From contig CAVXFZ010000003.1 of NCBI GenBank assembly GCA_963761175.1, positions 132,261-196,260 on the forward strand: DNA of 64,000 nt, given 5' to 3'. The DNA comes from an uncultured Actinomycetes bacterium (GTDB lineage Bacteria > Actinomycetota > Acidimicrobiia > IMCC26256 > PALSA-610). Positions 8,097 through 17,928 of the stretch are shown one piece after another. The notes under the pieces are model-generated. The model searched no databases. It had not been told where the DNA came from and worked only from the letters and a program-made list of their open reading frames with translations. The stretch's first letter is position 1. The number at the start of each line of letters is the position of its first letter. Position numbers and translations under genes: made by a program.

Positions 8097-10295
8097 CTAC
8101 ATGGCACCGTGCTGCGAGAGGGACAGGATGTAGAGGATCACGAGGACGAGCTCGCCGCCGTAATGGTGTAGCTCGTCGAGGGTGAGTCCCCAGGCTTGCG
8201 CGATGTCGGCGAGGCGCGCCGCCTCGGCCGCGGGCCAGAAGACGGTGATCTCACACGGCCCTTCGTTCGGTACTGGGTCCGCGACCGGCGCGGCGCTCCC
8301 GTTCGCCACGAGTGCTTCGAAGATCGCGATCCCGAGCTGGAGGACGGGTGCGGGAGATGCGAGGCCGAGCCCGCTGGCGAGGGCTTGGTACGTCGCGCAT
8401 CGCGACGCGGAGTACCGCGCGGTGAACGTGACGCTCGACTCCTCGACCGCGATGATCCGCGACACCGAATGGTTGCTCTGTGTGAACCACAGCGCGCCGT
8501 CGCTGCCCGCGACGATGCGGGTCGGATCGTGGACGGTCGGGTCCGAGAACGACGTGACCACACCGGCCGGCGTCATGCGGCCGATCGCCTGGCGTTCGAG
8601 ATCGGTGAACCAGATGTTGCCGTCGGGTCCCGCGACGAGCGAAAACGGCGCGCCGATCTCGGGGCCATCGAACGTGGTGACCGAGCCGGCCGGCGTCATG
8701 CGGCCGATCCGGCCCGATGCATACAGCGAGAACCACAGATTGCCGTCCGGTCCGGCGATCAGCTCGGGGAAGAACTGCCCGAACGCGATCGCGGGATCGG
8801 CGAACATCGTGACGGCACCGGCCGGGGTCAACTTCCCGATCTCCTGGTGCCCGTCGGGGAAATAGCTCACGAACCAGATGTCGCCGTCCGGACCGAGCGT
8901 CACCGCGAGCGGAGCAACGATGCCGGGATCCGCGAACGAGGTGACGGTACCGTCGGGCTGCACGTGCCCAATCGTGTGCGGGTACCAGCTCGAGAACCAG
9001 GCGCCGCCGTCGGGCAGAGCAACCAGATCCGTCACGAAGCCGATGCCGGGATCGGTGTTGGTCGACACCGACCCATTCGGCGTGATGCGACCGAGACCGC
9101 GGCTGGGGTCGCCATTGGCGAACCACGCGCCCCCATCGGGCGTGCCGACCACGGAGTTCGGGTAGCGAATCGCCGGATCCGTCACGATCGTGACCGCACC
9201 GTTCGGTGTCATGCGGGCGAAGTCGTGGTTCCAGTAGTTCGCGACCCAAACATTGCCGTTCCCCGCGACTCCGAGATAGGAGCCGTCGATCCCCGTACCG
9301 CGAAACGCCGTGCTCGCGCCGCCGGGCGTCATGCGAATGACGCCATCGACCTGGTCGCCGTACCAGAGGTTGCCGTCGGGTCCGGTGGTGATGCCCGTCG
9401 CCCGCGCGCTCGCGGCGAACGGAGTGATCGTTCCGGACGTCGTAATACGGCCGATCCCGCCGTACAGGTTCGTGAACCACATGTTGCCGTCCGGGCCGAC
9501 GGTGATGTCGTGTGGGCTGGCGACAGAAGGAGCCGTGAAGGTCGACACGCTTCCGCTCGAGGTCGCACGCCCGATGCTGTCGCTGTCGGTGTTCGTGAAC
9601 CACACGTTGCCGTCGGGACCGGTCGTGAGTTGGTCGGGTCGGTCGATGTTCGGGACCGAGATGTAGTCGAACTGCCCGGTCGTGGTGACGCGTCCGATGA
9701 AGCCGGTGGTCGAGAACGGATCGTTCGGATCGATCGTGAACCAGAGCTTGCCGTCCGGCCCGGCCGTGATACCGAGCGGATTGAGGATGTCCGGGTTCGA
9801 GTACGTCGTGACCGCACCGGACGGTGTGATCTTGCCGACCACCCGAGACGCCAGCGCGGTGAACCAGATGTTGCCGTCGGGTCCGAGGGTCACGCCCCGC
9901 GGGTCGTCGATCGTCGGCGCGGTGAACGACGAGACCGCGCCGCTCGTCGTGATCCGGCCGATCGAGTCCTTGGCCGCATTGGCGAACCAGAGGGCACCAT
10001 CGGAACCGACCGCCATCTCCATCGGATCGCCGATCGTCGCGTCCCGGAACGACGAGATGGCACCGCTCGTCGTGATCCGGCCGATCGAGTTGCTCTCACG
10101 ATTCGTGAACCAGATCGCGCCGTCGGGACCAGGTACGAAGTCCCACGGCAACCCGGTGTCGGACGGGAAGTTGGTGATGCTGCCGACCGAGGAGACGGTC
10201 GCCGCGCTGGCAGGCACTGCGGTTGCCGCAGTTGGGCCTGCGAGCATCGCGCTCAGGACGACGCCGGTCGCGATTCTTCGTCCGAGCCGTCGCAT
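8097..10295 (-). CDS. Secreted Vgb-like (virginiamycin B lyase-type) double beta-propeller protein with an unknown C-terminal domain
   Basis: Signal peptide MRRLGRRI...PASAA, about 14 repeats of GPDGNxWFT...IGRxTxxG, GGAGGA RBS before ATG 10295. Confidence 0.85.
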   Translation of the reverse strand: MRRLGRRIATGVVLSAMLAGPTAATAVPASAATVSSVGSITNFPSDTGLPWDFVPGPDGAIWFTNRESNSIGRITTSGAISSFRDATIGDPMEMAVGSDGALWFANAAKDSIGRITTSGAVSSFTAPTIDDPRGVTLGPDGNIWFTALASRVVGKITPSGAVTTYSNPDILNPLGITAGPDGKLWFTIDPNDPFSTTGFIGRVTTTGQFDYISVPNIDRPDQLTTGPDGNVWFTNTDSDSIGRATSSGSVSTFTAPSVASPHDITVGPDGNMWFTNLYGGIGRITTSGTITPFAASARATGITTGPDGNLWYGDQVDGVIRMTPGGASTAFRGTGIDGSYLGVAGNGNVWVANYWNHDFARMTPNGAVTIVTDPAIRYPNSVVGTPDGGAWFANGDPSRGLGRITPNGSVSTNTDPGIGFVTDLVALPDGGAWFSSWYPHTIGHVQPDGTVTSFADPGIVAPLAVTLGPDGDIWFVSYFPDGHQEIGKLTPAGAVTMFADPAIAFGQFFPELIAGPDGNLWFSLYASGRIGRMTPAGSVTTFDGPEIGAPFSLVAGPDGNIWFTDLERQAIGRMTPAGVVTSFSDPTVHDPTRIVAGSDGALWFTQSNHSVSRIIAVEESSVTFTARYSASRCATYQALASGLGLASPAPVLQLGIAIFEALVANGSAAPVADPVPNEGPCEITVFWPAAEAARLADIAQAWGLTLDELHHYGGELVLVILYILSLSQHGAM

Positions 10296-10356
10296 GCCGG
10301 TCCTCCCCCTCCGCCGAGCGGTCACGCTCGTGGCGTGGCGGCACGGTGTCATCGAG

Positions 10357-10441
10357 CGGAGGGAGTGGGATTCGAACCCACGGTGGGTTGCCCCACACAC
10401 GCTTTCCAAGCGTGCCGATTCGGCCGCTCTCGCATCCCTCC
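10357..10441 (-). tRNA. tRNA-Ser(GGA)
   Basis: GGAGGGA acceptor stem, CACGC-TT-GGA-AA-GCGTG anticodon arm, long variable arm, GGTTCGAATCC; CCA not encoded. Confidence 0.96.
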
Positions 10442-10497
10442 CGAGGAGCGGCGATCGTAGTGCGGGTACGCTTCCTGCCTCCGAGGTTCGCCTCCGA

Positions 10498-10633
10498 GGT
10501 GGCTCGCCCGCGGCGCGGTCGGGTCCGGCGCGACGGGATCCCGTGAACCGAGTCAGGTCCGGAAGGAAGCAGCTCTCAGCGGGTCCTCCCGGGTGCCGCC
10601 GGGTCGCCTGATCGACCGCGCGGGCGAGCCACC
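10498..10633 (+). ncRNA. ffs: Signal recognition particle RNA (4.5S type)
   Basis: Conserved helix 8 GTCAGGTCCGGAAGGAAGCAGC inside a long hairpin closed by GGTGGCTCGCCCGCG/CGCGGGCGAGCCACC; usual position before dnaX. Confidence 0.93.
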
Positions 10634-10662
10634 CCGCAGGCGGGTGGCGGTAGTGTCGGGCG

Positions 10663-12579
10663 GTGGCCTCGCAGTCGTTGTACCGCAAGTACCGGCCGCA
10701 GCATTTTGGCGATCTCGTCGGTCAACAGCACGTGGTCACCGCGCTGCGCAACGCGATCCGGGAGGACCGCGTCGGCCACGCGTACCTCTTCTCCGGGCCG
10801 CGCGGAACGGGCAAGACGTCGACCGCGCGCCTGCTCGCGAAGGCGCTCAACTGCCTCGACCTCCAGCCCGACGCGGAGCCGTGCGGGCACTGCGAGAACT
10901 GCGTCGCGATCGCGGCGGGCGGCTTCTTCGACCTCGCGGAGCTCGACGCGGCGTCGAACAACGGCGTCGACAACGTGCGCGACCTGGTGCAGAGCGTCAA
11001 CCTCGGCCTCGCAGGGTCGGCGAAACGCAAGGTCTACATCGTCGACGAGGTCCACATGCTCAGCACCGCGGCCGCGAACGCGCTGCTGAAGACGCTCGAG
11101 GAACCGCCCGCGCACGTGGTGTTCGTGCTCGCGACCACCGAGCCGCAGCGGGTGTTGCCCACGATCCGCTCCCGCACCCAGCACTTCGACTTCAACCTGC
11201 TGTCGATCGACGACATCCAGGGCCATCTCGCGCTGATCCTCGAGCAGGAAGGCGTGGAGGCCGCGCCGGAGGCGATCGCCCTGATCGCCCGCCGGGCCGC
11301 GGGCTCCGACCGCGACGCGCTGTCGCTGCTCGACCAGGCGCTCGCGCTCGGCAGCGGCCGCCTCGACACCGAGCAGGTGCTCGCGGTGTTCGGCGACACA
11401 CCGTTCAGCCGCCGGATCATGGTGCTCCAGGCGATCGCGGCCGACGACCCGGCCGGCGCGCTCACCGCGCTCGACGCGGTGCTCACCTCAGGCGTCGACG
11501 CCCGGCGCGTCGCCGACGACCTGCTGAAGACGCTCCGCGACGCGTTCGTGCTCGCGGCGGCGTCGGGCCGCGTGCCCTACGACGGTCCGGCCGACGAGAT
11601 CGCGACGCTGCGCGAGCTCGGCACCGACCTCGGCGCCGCGGGCATGACGCGTGCGATCGAGACGCTCGGCCAGGCCATCGTCGACGTGCGCGCGCCCTCG
11701 GCGCCCGACCCGCGCCTCATCCTCGAGGTCGCGATCGTGCGCCTCGCGCGCCGCGAGTCGCGCAGCTCGATCGACGCGCTGCTCGAACGGGTCGACCGGC
11801 TGGAGCGCAAGCTCGCCGAGATCGGCGGATCAGGAGCGCCGGCCAGCCCCGCCGCCGCCCCCGCCGCCGAACGCCCGGCGCCGCGCCGCGCCACGACCGC
11901 TCGATCCGCACCCGCGCCGGCCGCGCCCGCCGATGCCACCGCCGATGCGGGCACCGGCCCGGCGGGCGACGGTCCGCATCTCGCGTCGCGGCGCGCGAGG
12001 CGCCCGAGCGCGCCATCACCCGAGGCGTCGGCACCCGCGACCCCGAACGCGGCGGCGCCCGACGCCGAGATCGGGCTCGCGACCGACGTCGTCGACCGCC
12101 CCCTCGACCTCGACGACGTGATCCTCGCCTGGAGCGCGACGCTCGCCCAGCTCGCGCCGCCGGTGCGCGCCGCGATCCAGGACGCGCAGCCGATCTCCGT
12201 CGACGGTGGCGTCATCGTGTTCGGCGTGCGCCCGGTGCGGTTCGAGGCCATCAACAAGCGCTTCCGCCAGGAGGCCGCCGCGATCAAGGCGTCGCTCGCC
12301 GAGCACCTCGGGCACCTTCCGAGCTTCTCCCTGCGCCGCCACGACTTCGACGCGCCCGACGCGTTCGTCGCGGGCGGCCCCGCGGGCGCGACCGCGACCC
12401 CGGCGGCGTCCGCCGCGAGTGGCAGCGAACCGCCACCGCCGCCCGACGACACGTACGACGACATGATCGACCTGCGCGACACCGTCGACGCGCCGCCGGC
12501 CGACATGCCGGCCGATTCGCAGACCCGGCTGATCGAGGCGTTCGGTGCCGAGATCGTCGAGGAACGTCCCCGGTCCTGA
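10663..12579 (+). CDS. dnaX: DNA polymerase III subunit gamma/tau
   Basis: LYRKYRP, GPRGTGKT Walker A, zinc Cys cluster, DEVHML, LLKTLEEPP. Confidence 0.97.
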   Translation: MASQSLYRKYRPQHFGDLVGQQHVVTALRNAIREDRVGHAYLFSGPRGTGKTSTARLLAKALNCLDLQPDAEPCGHCENCVAIAAGGFFDLAELDAASNNGVDNVRDLVQSVNLGLAGSAKRKVYIVDEVHMLSTAAANALLKTLEEPPAHVVFVLATTEPQRVLPTIRSRTQHFDFNLLSIDDIQGHLALILEQEGVEAAPEAIALIARRAAGSDRDALSLLDQALALGSGRLDTEQVLAVFGDTPFSRRIMVLQAIAADDPAGALTALDAVLTSGVDARRVADDLLKTLRDAFVLAAASGRVPYDGPADEIATLRELGTDLGAAGMTRAIETLGQAIVDVRAPSAPDPRLILEVAIVRLARRESRSSIDALLERVDRLERKLAEIGGSGAPASPAAAPAAERPAPRRATTARSAPAPAAPADATADAGTGPAGDGPHLASRRARRPSAPSPEASAPATPNAAAPDAEIGLATDVVDRPLDLDDVILAWSATLAQLAPPVRAAIQDAQPISVDGGVIVFGVRPVRFEAINKRFRQEAAAIKASLAEHLGHLPSFSLRRHDFDAPDAFVAGGPAGATATPAASAASGSEPPPPPDDTYDDMIDLRDTVDAPPADMPADSQTRLIEAFGAEIVEERPRS

Positions 12580-12625
12580 GCCCCTCCGTTTCCCCCCTGA
12601 CCTCCCCGAGCTTCGGAGCAGCGCG

Positions 12626-12976
12626 ATGGCGACACCCGACCAGATGAAGATGCTGCGCAAGGTGCAGCAGATGCAGGCCGACATGGCGAGCGCGCAGGAC
12701 GCGTTGGCCACCGAGACCGTCGAGGGCAGTGCCGGCGGCGGGATGGTGAAGGTCACCGTCACCGGTTCGGGCGAGGTGCAGCGCGTGCACATCGACCCGG
12801 CGGTCGTCGACCCCGACGACGTCGAGACGCTCGAAGACCTCGTCGTCGCCGCGGTCGCCGACGGCCTGCGCCGCGCCGCCGAGCTGCAGTCGACCCGGCT
12901 GGGCTCCATCACCGGCGGCCTCGACCTCGGTTCGCTCGGCCTCGGCGGCCTGGGCGGCGGACTCGGCCTCGGCTGA
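12626..12976 (+). CDS. ybaB: YbaB/EbfC nucleoid-associated protein
   Basis: [10 protein letters not shown]...IDP...D.E.LEDLV; located between dnaX and recR. Confidence 0.93.
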   Translation: MATPDQMKMLRKVQQMQADMASAQDALATETVEGSAGGGMVKVTVTGSGEVQRVHIDPAVVDPDDVETLEDLVVAAVADGLRRAAELQSTRLGSITGGLDLGSLGLGGLGGGLGLG

Positions 12977-12990
12977 CCGGGGCCCTGCGC

Positions 12991-13597
12991 ATGTCGGTCT
13001 ACGAAGGCCCCGTCCAGTCGCTCATCGACGAGCTCGGCCGGCTCCCCGGCATCGGGCCGAAGTCGGCGCAGCGCATCGCGTTCTACCTCCTGCGCGCCGC
13101 GCCCGAGGATGCCAAGCGGCTCGCGCGCGCGATCGTCGAGGCGAAGGAACGGGTGTCGTGGTGCCGGCGCTGCTTCAACATCTCCGAAGGCGAGCTCTGC
13201 CTCTACTGCCGCGACGAGCGGCGGGACCCGACGATCATCTGTGTCGTCGAAGAACCGCGCGACATCGTCGCGGTGGAGCGCACCGGTGAGTACCGCGGGC
13301 TCTACCACGTGCTGCAGGGCGCGATCTCACCGATCGAGGGCGTGCTGCCCGATCAGCTGCGCATCAAGGAGCTGCTCGCGCGCGATCGACGCGGAGGCGG
13401 TGAAGGAGGTGATCCTCGCGACGAACCCGAACGTCGAGGGGGAGGCGACGGCGATGTACCTCGCGCAGCTGCTCCGCCCGCTCGACCTGCTCGTCACCCG
13501 GATCGCGAGCGGCCTCCCCGTCGGCGGCGACCTCGAGTACGCCGACGAAGTCACCCTCGGCCGCGCCCTCGAGGGACGACGCGACCTCAGCCGGTGA
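12991..13597 (+). CDS. recR: Recombination mediator RecR (single-base frameshift near 13385)
   Basis: [12 protein letters not shown]4 zinc finger, YHVLQG in one frame; [16 protein letters not shown] and [16 protein letters not shown] in the next frame. Confidence 0.93.
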
Positions 13598-14693
13598 GGG
13601 CTCGCTTCACGATCTTGCCGACGGCTTCGTGCTCGACGAGGAAGCCGTCGTGGCCGACGTGGGAGTCGATGACGTCGACGCCGAAGTTGTGGGGGATGTG
13701 CTCGGCGAGCTCGAACTGGAGCCGCAGCGGGTAGAGGCGGTCGGAGGTGATGCCCGCGATCGTCACCTCGGCCTCGATACGGGCGAGCGCGGCGACGACT
13801 CCACCGCGGCCGCGCCCGACGTCGTGGTGGTTCATCGCCGCGCTCAGCACGACGTAGGTGTTCGGGTCGAAGCGGGCTTCGAGCTTCTCGCCGTGGTGCG
13901 CGAGGTACGACTCGACCGCGTAGCGCCCGCCGGCGAGCGGGTTCTCGTCGCCCTGCGGGCGGCGGCCGAAGCGTTCTTCCATCTCGTGCTCGGAGCGGTA
14001 GCTCACGTGGCCGATGCCGCGCGCGAGCGTCATCCCCGCGGTGGGGCGCACCGCGCGGTCGTAGTAGTCGCCGCCTGCGAAATCGGGGTCGGCGCGGATC
14101 GCGCGGTTCTGCAACGAGCACAACGCGATCTGCTCGGCCGTCGCGGCCGCGCCGACCGCGAGCACGATCGCCTGCGCGACGCGCCCTGGGAACCCGATCG
14201 CCCATTCGAGCGCGCGCATCCCGCCCATCGAACCGCCGATCACCGCGGCGAAGCGTTCGATCCCGAGCGCGTCGGCGAGCCGCGCCTCCACCGCGACCTG
14301 GTCGCGCGGCGTGACGACCGGGAAGCGCGAGCCGTAGGGACGGCCGTCGGGCGCGTCCGACGACGGGCCCGTCGTGCCCTGGCAGCCGCCGAGCACGTTG
14401 GGGCACACCACGAAGAACTGCTCGGTGTCGATCGGCGCGCCGGGGCCGATGATCGTCGTCCACCAGCCGGCGGTCGGATGCCCGGGACCGGGCGGGCCCG
14501 CCGCGTGCGAGTCGCCGGTGAGCGTGTGGAGCACGAGGACCGCGTTCGACGCGCGCGCGTCGAGCGTCCCCCACGTCTCGTACGCGACGTCGAGGCGCGC
14601 GAGCCGGCCGCCGGTCTCGAGCGGGACGGGCTCGGCGAGCGTCACGAACCGGCGGCGGCCGGGCTCGTCACCCGGCCGCCACACCGAGCTCAT
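13587..14693 (-). CDS. metX: Homoserine O-acetyltransferase
   Basis: [26 protein letters not shown] nucleophile, GHDGFL. Confidence 0.94.
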   Translation of the reverse strand: MSSVWRPGDEPGRRRFVTLAEPVPLETGGRLARLDVAYETWGTLDARASNAVLVLHTLTGDSHAAGPPGPGHPTAGWWTTIIGPGAPIDTEQFFVVCPNVLGGCQGTTGPSSDAPDGRPYGSRFPVVTPRDQVAVEARLADALGIERFAAVIGGSMGGMRALEWAIGFPGRVAQAIVLAVGAAATAEQIALCSLQNRAIRADPDFAGGDYYDRAVRPTAGMTLARGIGHVSYRSEHEMEERFGRRPQGDENPLAGGRYAVESYLAHHGEKLEARFDPNTYVVLSAAMNHHDVGRGRGGVVAALARIEAEVTIAGITSDRLYPLRLQFELAEHIPHNFGVDVIDSHVGHDGFLVEHEAVGKIVKRALTG

Positions 14694-14733
14694 CGGCGCG
14701 CCCGCACGCGTCGCCCGCGAGCCGCCACGGTGG

Positions 14734-16032
14734 TCAGGAGCTCTTCGCGGCGCGGAACCCCGCGTCGAGATCCGCGAGGATGTCGTCGACCGTCTCGATG
14801 CCGATGCAGAGGCGCACGAGATCGGGCGTGACGCCGGTCGTGATCTGCTCGTCGGTGGTGAGCTGCGAGTGCGTCGTCGACGCAGGATGGATCGCGAGGC
14901 TGCGCACGTCGCCGACGTTGGCGAGGTGGCTGAACAGCTCGAGCCCCTCGATGAAGCGCCGCCCCGCGTCCATGCCGCCGTTGATGCCGAACGCCATGAT
15001 CGCCCCACCGCCGTTCGGCAGGTACTGCTGCTGGCGGGCGTGCCACTTGCTCGTCTTCAGACCCGGGTACGCGACCCACTCGACCTCGTCGCGCGCCTCG
15101 AGCCACTCCGCGACCGCCTGCGCGTTCTGCACATGGCGCTCCATGCGGAGGCTGAGGGTCTCGACGCCCTGGAGGAACAGGAACGAGTTGAGCGGCGCGA
15201 TCGCGGGCCCGATGTCGCGCAGGTACTGGAGGCGGGCCTTGAGGATGTACTGCGCGGGGCGCAGGCCCTCGGGCAACTGCGAGAAGATGAGCCCGTGGTA
15301 CGACGGGTCGGGTTCGGTGAAGTTCGCGAACCGGCCGCTCGCGACGTAGTCGAACTTGCCGCCGTCGACGATGATGCCGCCGATCGACGTGCCGTGCCCG
15401 CCGATGAACTTCGTCGCGGAGTGCAAGACGATGTCTGCGCCGTGGCGCAGCGGCTGGCAGAGGTACGGCGTCGCGACGGTGTTGTCGACGACGAGTGGGA
15501 TGCCGTTGTCGTGCGCGATGGTGCTGATGCCGCCGAAGTCGAGGACGTCGCCCTTCGGGTTCCCGATCGTCTCGCCGTAGAACGCGCGCGTCTCGGGGCG
15601 GATGGCGGCGCGCCACGCGTCGAGGTCGTCGGGGTCGTCGATGAACGTGACGGTCACGCCGAGCTTCGGCAGCGTGTAGTGCAGGAGGTTGTACGTGCCG
15701 CCGTAGAGCGACGCGGACGCGACGATGTGGCCGCCGTTCTCCGCGAGGTTGAGCAGTGCGACCGTCTCCGCGGCCTGGCCGCTCGAGGTCGCGAGCGCGC
15801 CCACGCCACCTTCGAGCGCCGCGAGCCGTTCCTCGAAGACGGCCTGGGTCGGGTTCATGATCCGGGTGTAGATCATCCCGAGCTCTTCGAGCCCGAACAG
15901 TGCGGCCGCGTGCGCGGTGTCGCGGAAGACGTAGCTCGTGGTCTGGTAGATGGGTGTGGCGCGTGCGCCCGTCGCCGGGTCGGGGACGGCCCCCGCGTGC
16001 ACCTGGCGCGTCTCGAAACCCCAGTCGGCCAT
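14734..16032 (-). CDS. metY: O-acetylhomoserine aminocarboxypropyltransferase / cysteine synthase
   Basis: PIYQTTSY, IYTRIMNPT, HSATKFIGGHG PLP lysine, HLANVGD. Confidence 0.94.
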   Translation of the reverse strand: MADWGFETRQVHAGAVPDPATGARATPIYQTTSYVFRDTAHAAALFGLEELGMIYTRIMNPTQAVFEERLAALEGGVGALATSSGQAAETVALLNLAENGGHIVASASLYGGTYNLLHYTLPKLGVTVTFIDDPDDLDAWRAAIRPETRAFYGETIGNPKGDVLDFGGISTIAHDNGIPLVVDNTVATPYLCQPLRHGADIVLHSATKFIGGHGTSIGGIIVDGGKFDYVASGRFANFTEPDPSYHGLIFSQLPEGLRPAQYILKARLQYLRDIGPAIAPLNSFLFLQGVETLSLRMERHVQNAQAVAEWLEARDEVEWVAYPGLKTSKWHARQQQYLPNGGGAIMAFGINGGMDAGRRFIEGLELFSHLANVGDVRSLAIHPASTTHSQLTTDEQITTGVTPDLVRLCIGIETVDDILADLDAGFRAAKSS

Positions 16033-16074
16033 GGCGTGCTCCTCAGTCCTGCGCCCGTCGGGCGCGACCCGGCG

Positions 16075-16111
16075 AGGGTAGGGGCGCAATCCCGAGTGTT
16101 CAAGTCGACTT
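16075..16111 (-). promoter_or_regulatory. Housekeeping-sigma promoter of metY with an overlapping palindrome
   Basis: TTGAAC-N17-TACCCT on the minus strand; perfect AAGTCGACTT palindrome at 16102-16111 overlaps the -35. Confidence 0.6.
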
Positions 16112-16124
16112 TTCGGAGGCGCGC

Positions 16125-17531
16125 GTGACGACGGTCCCGCCGCTGCTGCGCTCGGCGGCGAGCGACGAGTACGCGCCGGTGCCATGGTCGGGGCCGCAAC
16201 GGCGCGCGGCCGCGCGCGTCGCCGACGCCCTCGCGAGCGACGCGCGCGCCTTGGGGATGGCCGAGCACGAGCTCGCCGCCGACCGGCGCGGCACCGCGGC
16301 GACGCTGCGGGCCCTCGACGCCGAGCACGGCGGCGGGTTCTTCGCGGTCCCGGAGTCCGCAACACGCGATCTCGACGCGGCCGAGGCCGCGTTCGCGGGC
16401 AACGCGCCGGTGATCGATGTGCAGACGCACCTCGTCGACCCCGGGCGCTGGTCGGGGGCGCACGCCGACGCGCTCGCAGGCTTCCTCACGATGGTCGACC
16501 CGCAGCGGTGGGCTCGCGGCGTCGATCCGCGCGAGATCGACGCGGGCGCGTGGGCGAGCCTCGTGTTCGGCACGAGTGAGACCGCGGTTGCGTTGCTCAC
16601 CTCGACGCCGGGCGCGACCGACGGCAACGTGCTCACGAACACGCAGATCGCCGCGGCGCGCGCGGTCGTGGAGCGCTACACCGGATCGGGACGGGTGCTC
16701 ACGCACACGATCGTGCACCCGAATCTCGGGCCCGGCGAGCTCGACGCGATGGAAGGCTGGCGCGAAGAACTGCAGCCGTCGGGGTGGAAGGTGTACACGC
16801 TCTACGGCCCGCCGACCGCGGCGTCGCCGACGGGTGGCTGGTTCCTCGACGACGAGGAGATCGGTGTCCCGTTCCTCGAACGGGTGCGCGCGCTCGGGCC
16901 GCGCGTCGTCGCCGCGCACAAGGGTCTGGGCGGGCCGATCCCCGACGCGTCGGTCGCGGCCGCGTCGCCGCGCGACATCGGTCCCGCTGCCGCCGCGTTC
17001 GGAGACCTCACCTTCGTCGTGTACCACTCCGGCTACGAACGCGATCCGCACGGCGAGGAAGGCGCGTACGACCCGGGCCGCGCCGCCCCGAGCGGTGTCG
17101 ACCGGCTCGTCGCGTCGCTCGCCGCCGCCGGCATCGCGCGCGACGGCAACGTGTACGCCGAGCTGGGCACGACGTGGTACCTGATGCTGCGCCGGCCGCG
17201 CGAGGCCGCGCACGTGCTCGGCAAGCTGCTCGTCGCGCTCGGACCCGACCGCATCGTCTGGGGCACCGACTCGATCTGGTACGGCTCACCGCAACCGTTG
17301 ATCGACGCGTTCCGCGCCTTCACCATTCCGGAGTGGATGCAGGAACGGTTCGGGTACCCGCCCCTCGACGCCGGCGCGAAGGAGCGGATGTTGAGCCATA
17401 ACGCGCGGCGTGTCTACGGCATCGCCGACGCGACGCTCGACGCCATCGCGCGCGAGCGCGACACCGCGTGGGTCGCGAACGCGGCGCCCGCGTTGCGGCG
17501 CGCGCTCGCGCGCGTCGCCGACGGGCGCTAG
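16125..17531 (+). CDS. Amidohydrolase family (Amidohydro_2) protein
   Basis: IDVQTH, WKVYT, AHKG, VYHSGY, VYAELG, WGTDSIW motifs. Confidence 0.85.
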   Translation: MTTVPPLLRSAASDEYAPVPWSGPQRRAAARVADALASDARALGMAEHELAADRRGTAATLRALDAEHGGGFFAVPESATRDLDAAEAAFAGNAPVIDVQTHLVDPGRWSGAHADALAGFLTMVDPQRWARGVDPREIDAGAWASLVFGTSETAVALLTSTPGATDGNVLTNTQIAAARAVVERYTGSGRVLTHTIVHPNLGPGELDAMEGWREELQPSGWKVYTLYGPPTAASPTGGWFLDDEEIGVPFLERVRALGPRVVAAHKGLGGPIPDASVAAASPRDIGPAAAAFGDLTFVVYHSGYERDPHGEEGAYDPGRAAPSGVDRLVASLAAAGIARDGNVYAELGTTWYLMLRRPREAAHVLGKLLVALGPDRIVWGTDSIWYGSPQPLIDAFRAFTIPEWMQERFGYPPLDAGAKERMLSHNARRVYGIADATLDAIARERDTAWVANAAPALRRALARVADGR

Positions 17532-17893
17532 TGGAACGTCGGGTTGAACCCGATGTTCCAGACCCAGAGCGCGCCGAGCGCGCCGAGCCACACCCACATG
17601 GAGACGCGCAGACGTTCGAGGCGGAAGCCGAGCAGCATCACCACCGCGAGCACGATCACGAGCAGCCCGCCGGGGTTGAACCGCAGCGACTGCACGACAT
17701 GGCCGTGCATCCCGGCCACCACCGACCGGGTCATGCCGCACAGCGGGCACGGGATCCCCGTGAAGGTGCGCAGCGGGCACGCGAGCGGTGGGTGCACGGG
17801 AACCCAGTGCCATACCGTCGCCGCGCCGAGCATCGCGCCGGCACCGAGGCGGGCGTCGCGCGTGCTGACGGTCGCGGGGGCCGTGGCGGTCAC
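17528..17893 (-). CDS. DUF2752-like membrane protein
   Basis: CPL...TGIPCPLCGMTRS...NP motif with hydrophobic helices. Confidence 0.8.
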   Translation of the reverse strand: MTATAPATVSTRDARLGAGAMLGAATVWHWVPVHPPLACPLRTFTGIPCPLCGMTRSVVAGMHGHVVQSLRFNPGGLLVIVLAVVMLLGFRLERLRVSMWVWLGALGALWVWNIGFNPTFH

Positions 17894-17928
17894 GGCGGCT
17901 CAGCCTACGACCGATCCGGGTGCGCGCC

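Noticed and set aside
8450-10180. Regularly spaced DNA repeats (GAACCAGATGTTGCCGTCGGGTCC-like) as a CRISPR array
   Set aside because: They are degenerate, in-frame coding repeats of beta-propeller blades with ~126-nt period; no cas genes are present.
4845-10295. Antibiotic-resistance calls (beta-lactamase, Vgb lyase)
   Set aside because: The hydrolase looks like a cytoplasmic esterase-type family member, and the Vgb-like protein is a secreted double propeller; fold similarity alone does not support resistance.
290-10356. Integrative element or prophage between the tRNA genes
   Set aside because: No integrase, transposase or phage gene; both flanks are complete tRNAs with different anticodons and the interval includes tadA.
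10663-12579. Programmed frameshift producing DnaX gamma
   Set aside because: No A-AAA-AAG or poly-A slippery site is visible in the linker region.
16033-16124. SAM or other riboswitch upstream of metY
   Set aside because: The predicted leader is only about 35-40 nt with one small hairpin; no SAM-I or SAM-IV core motifs are visible.
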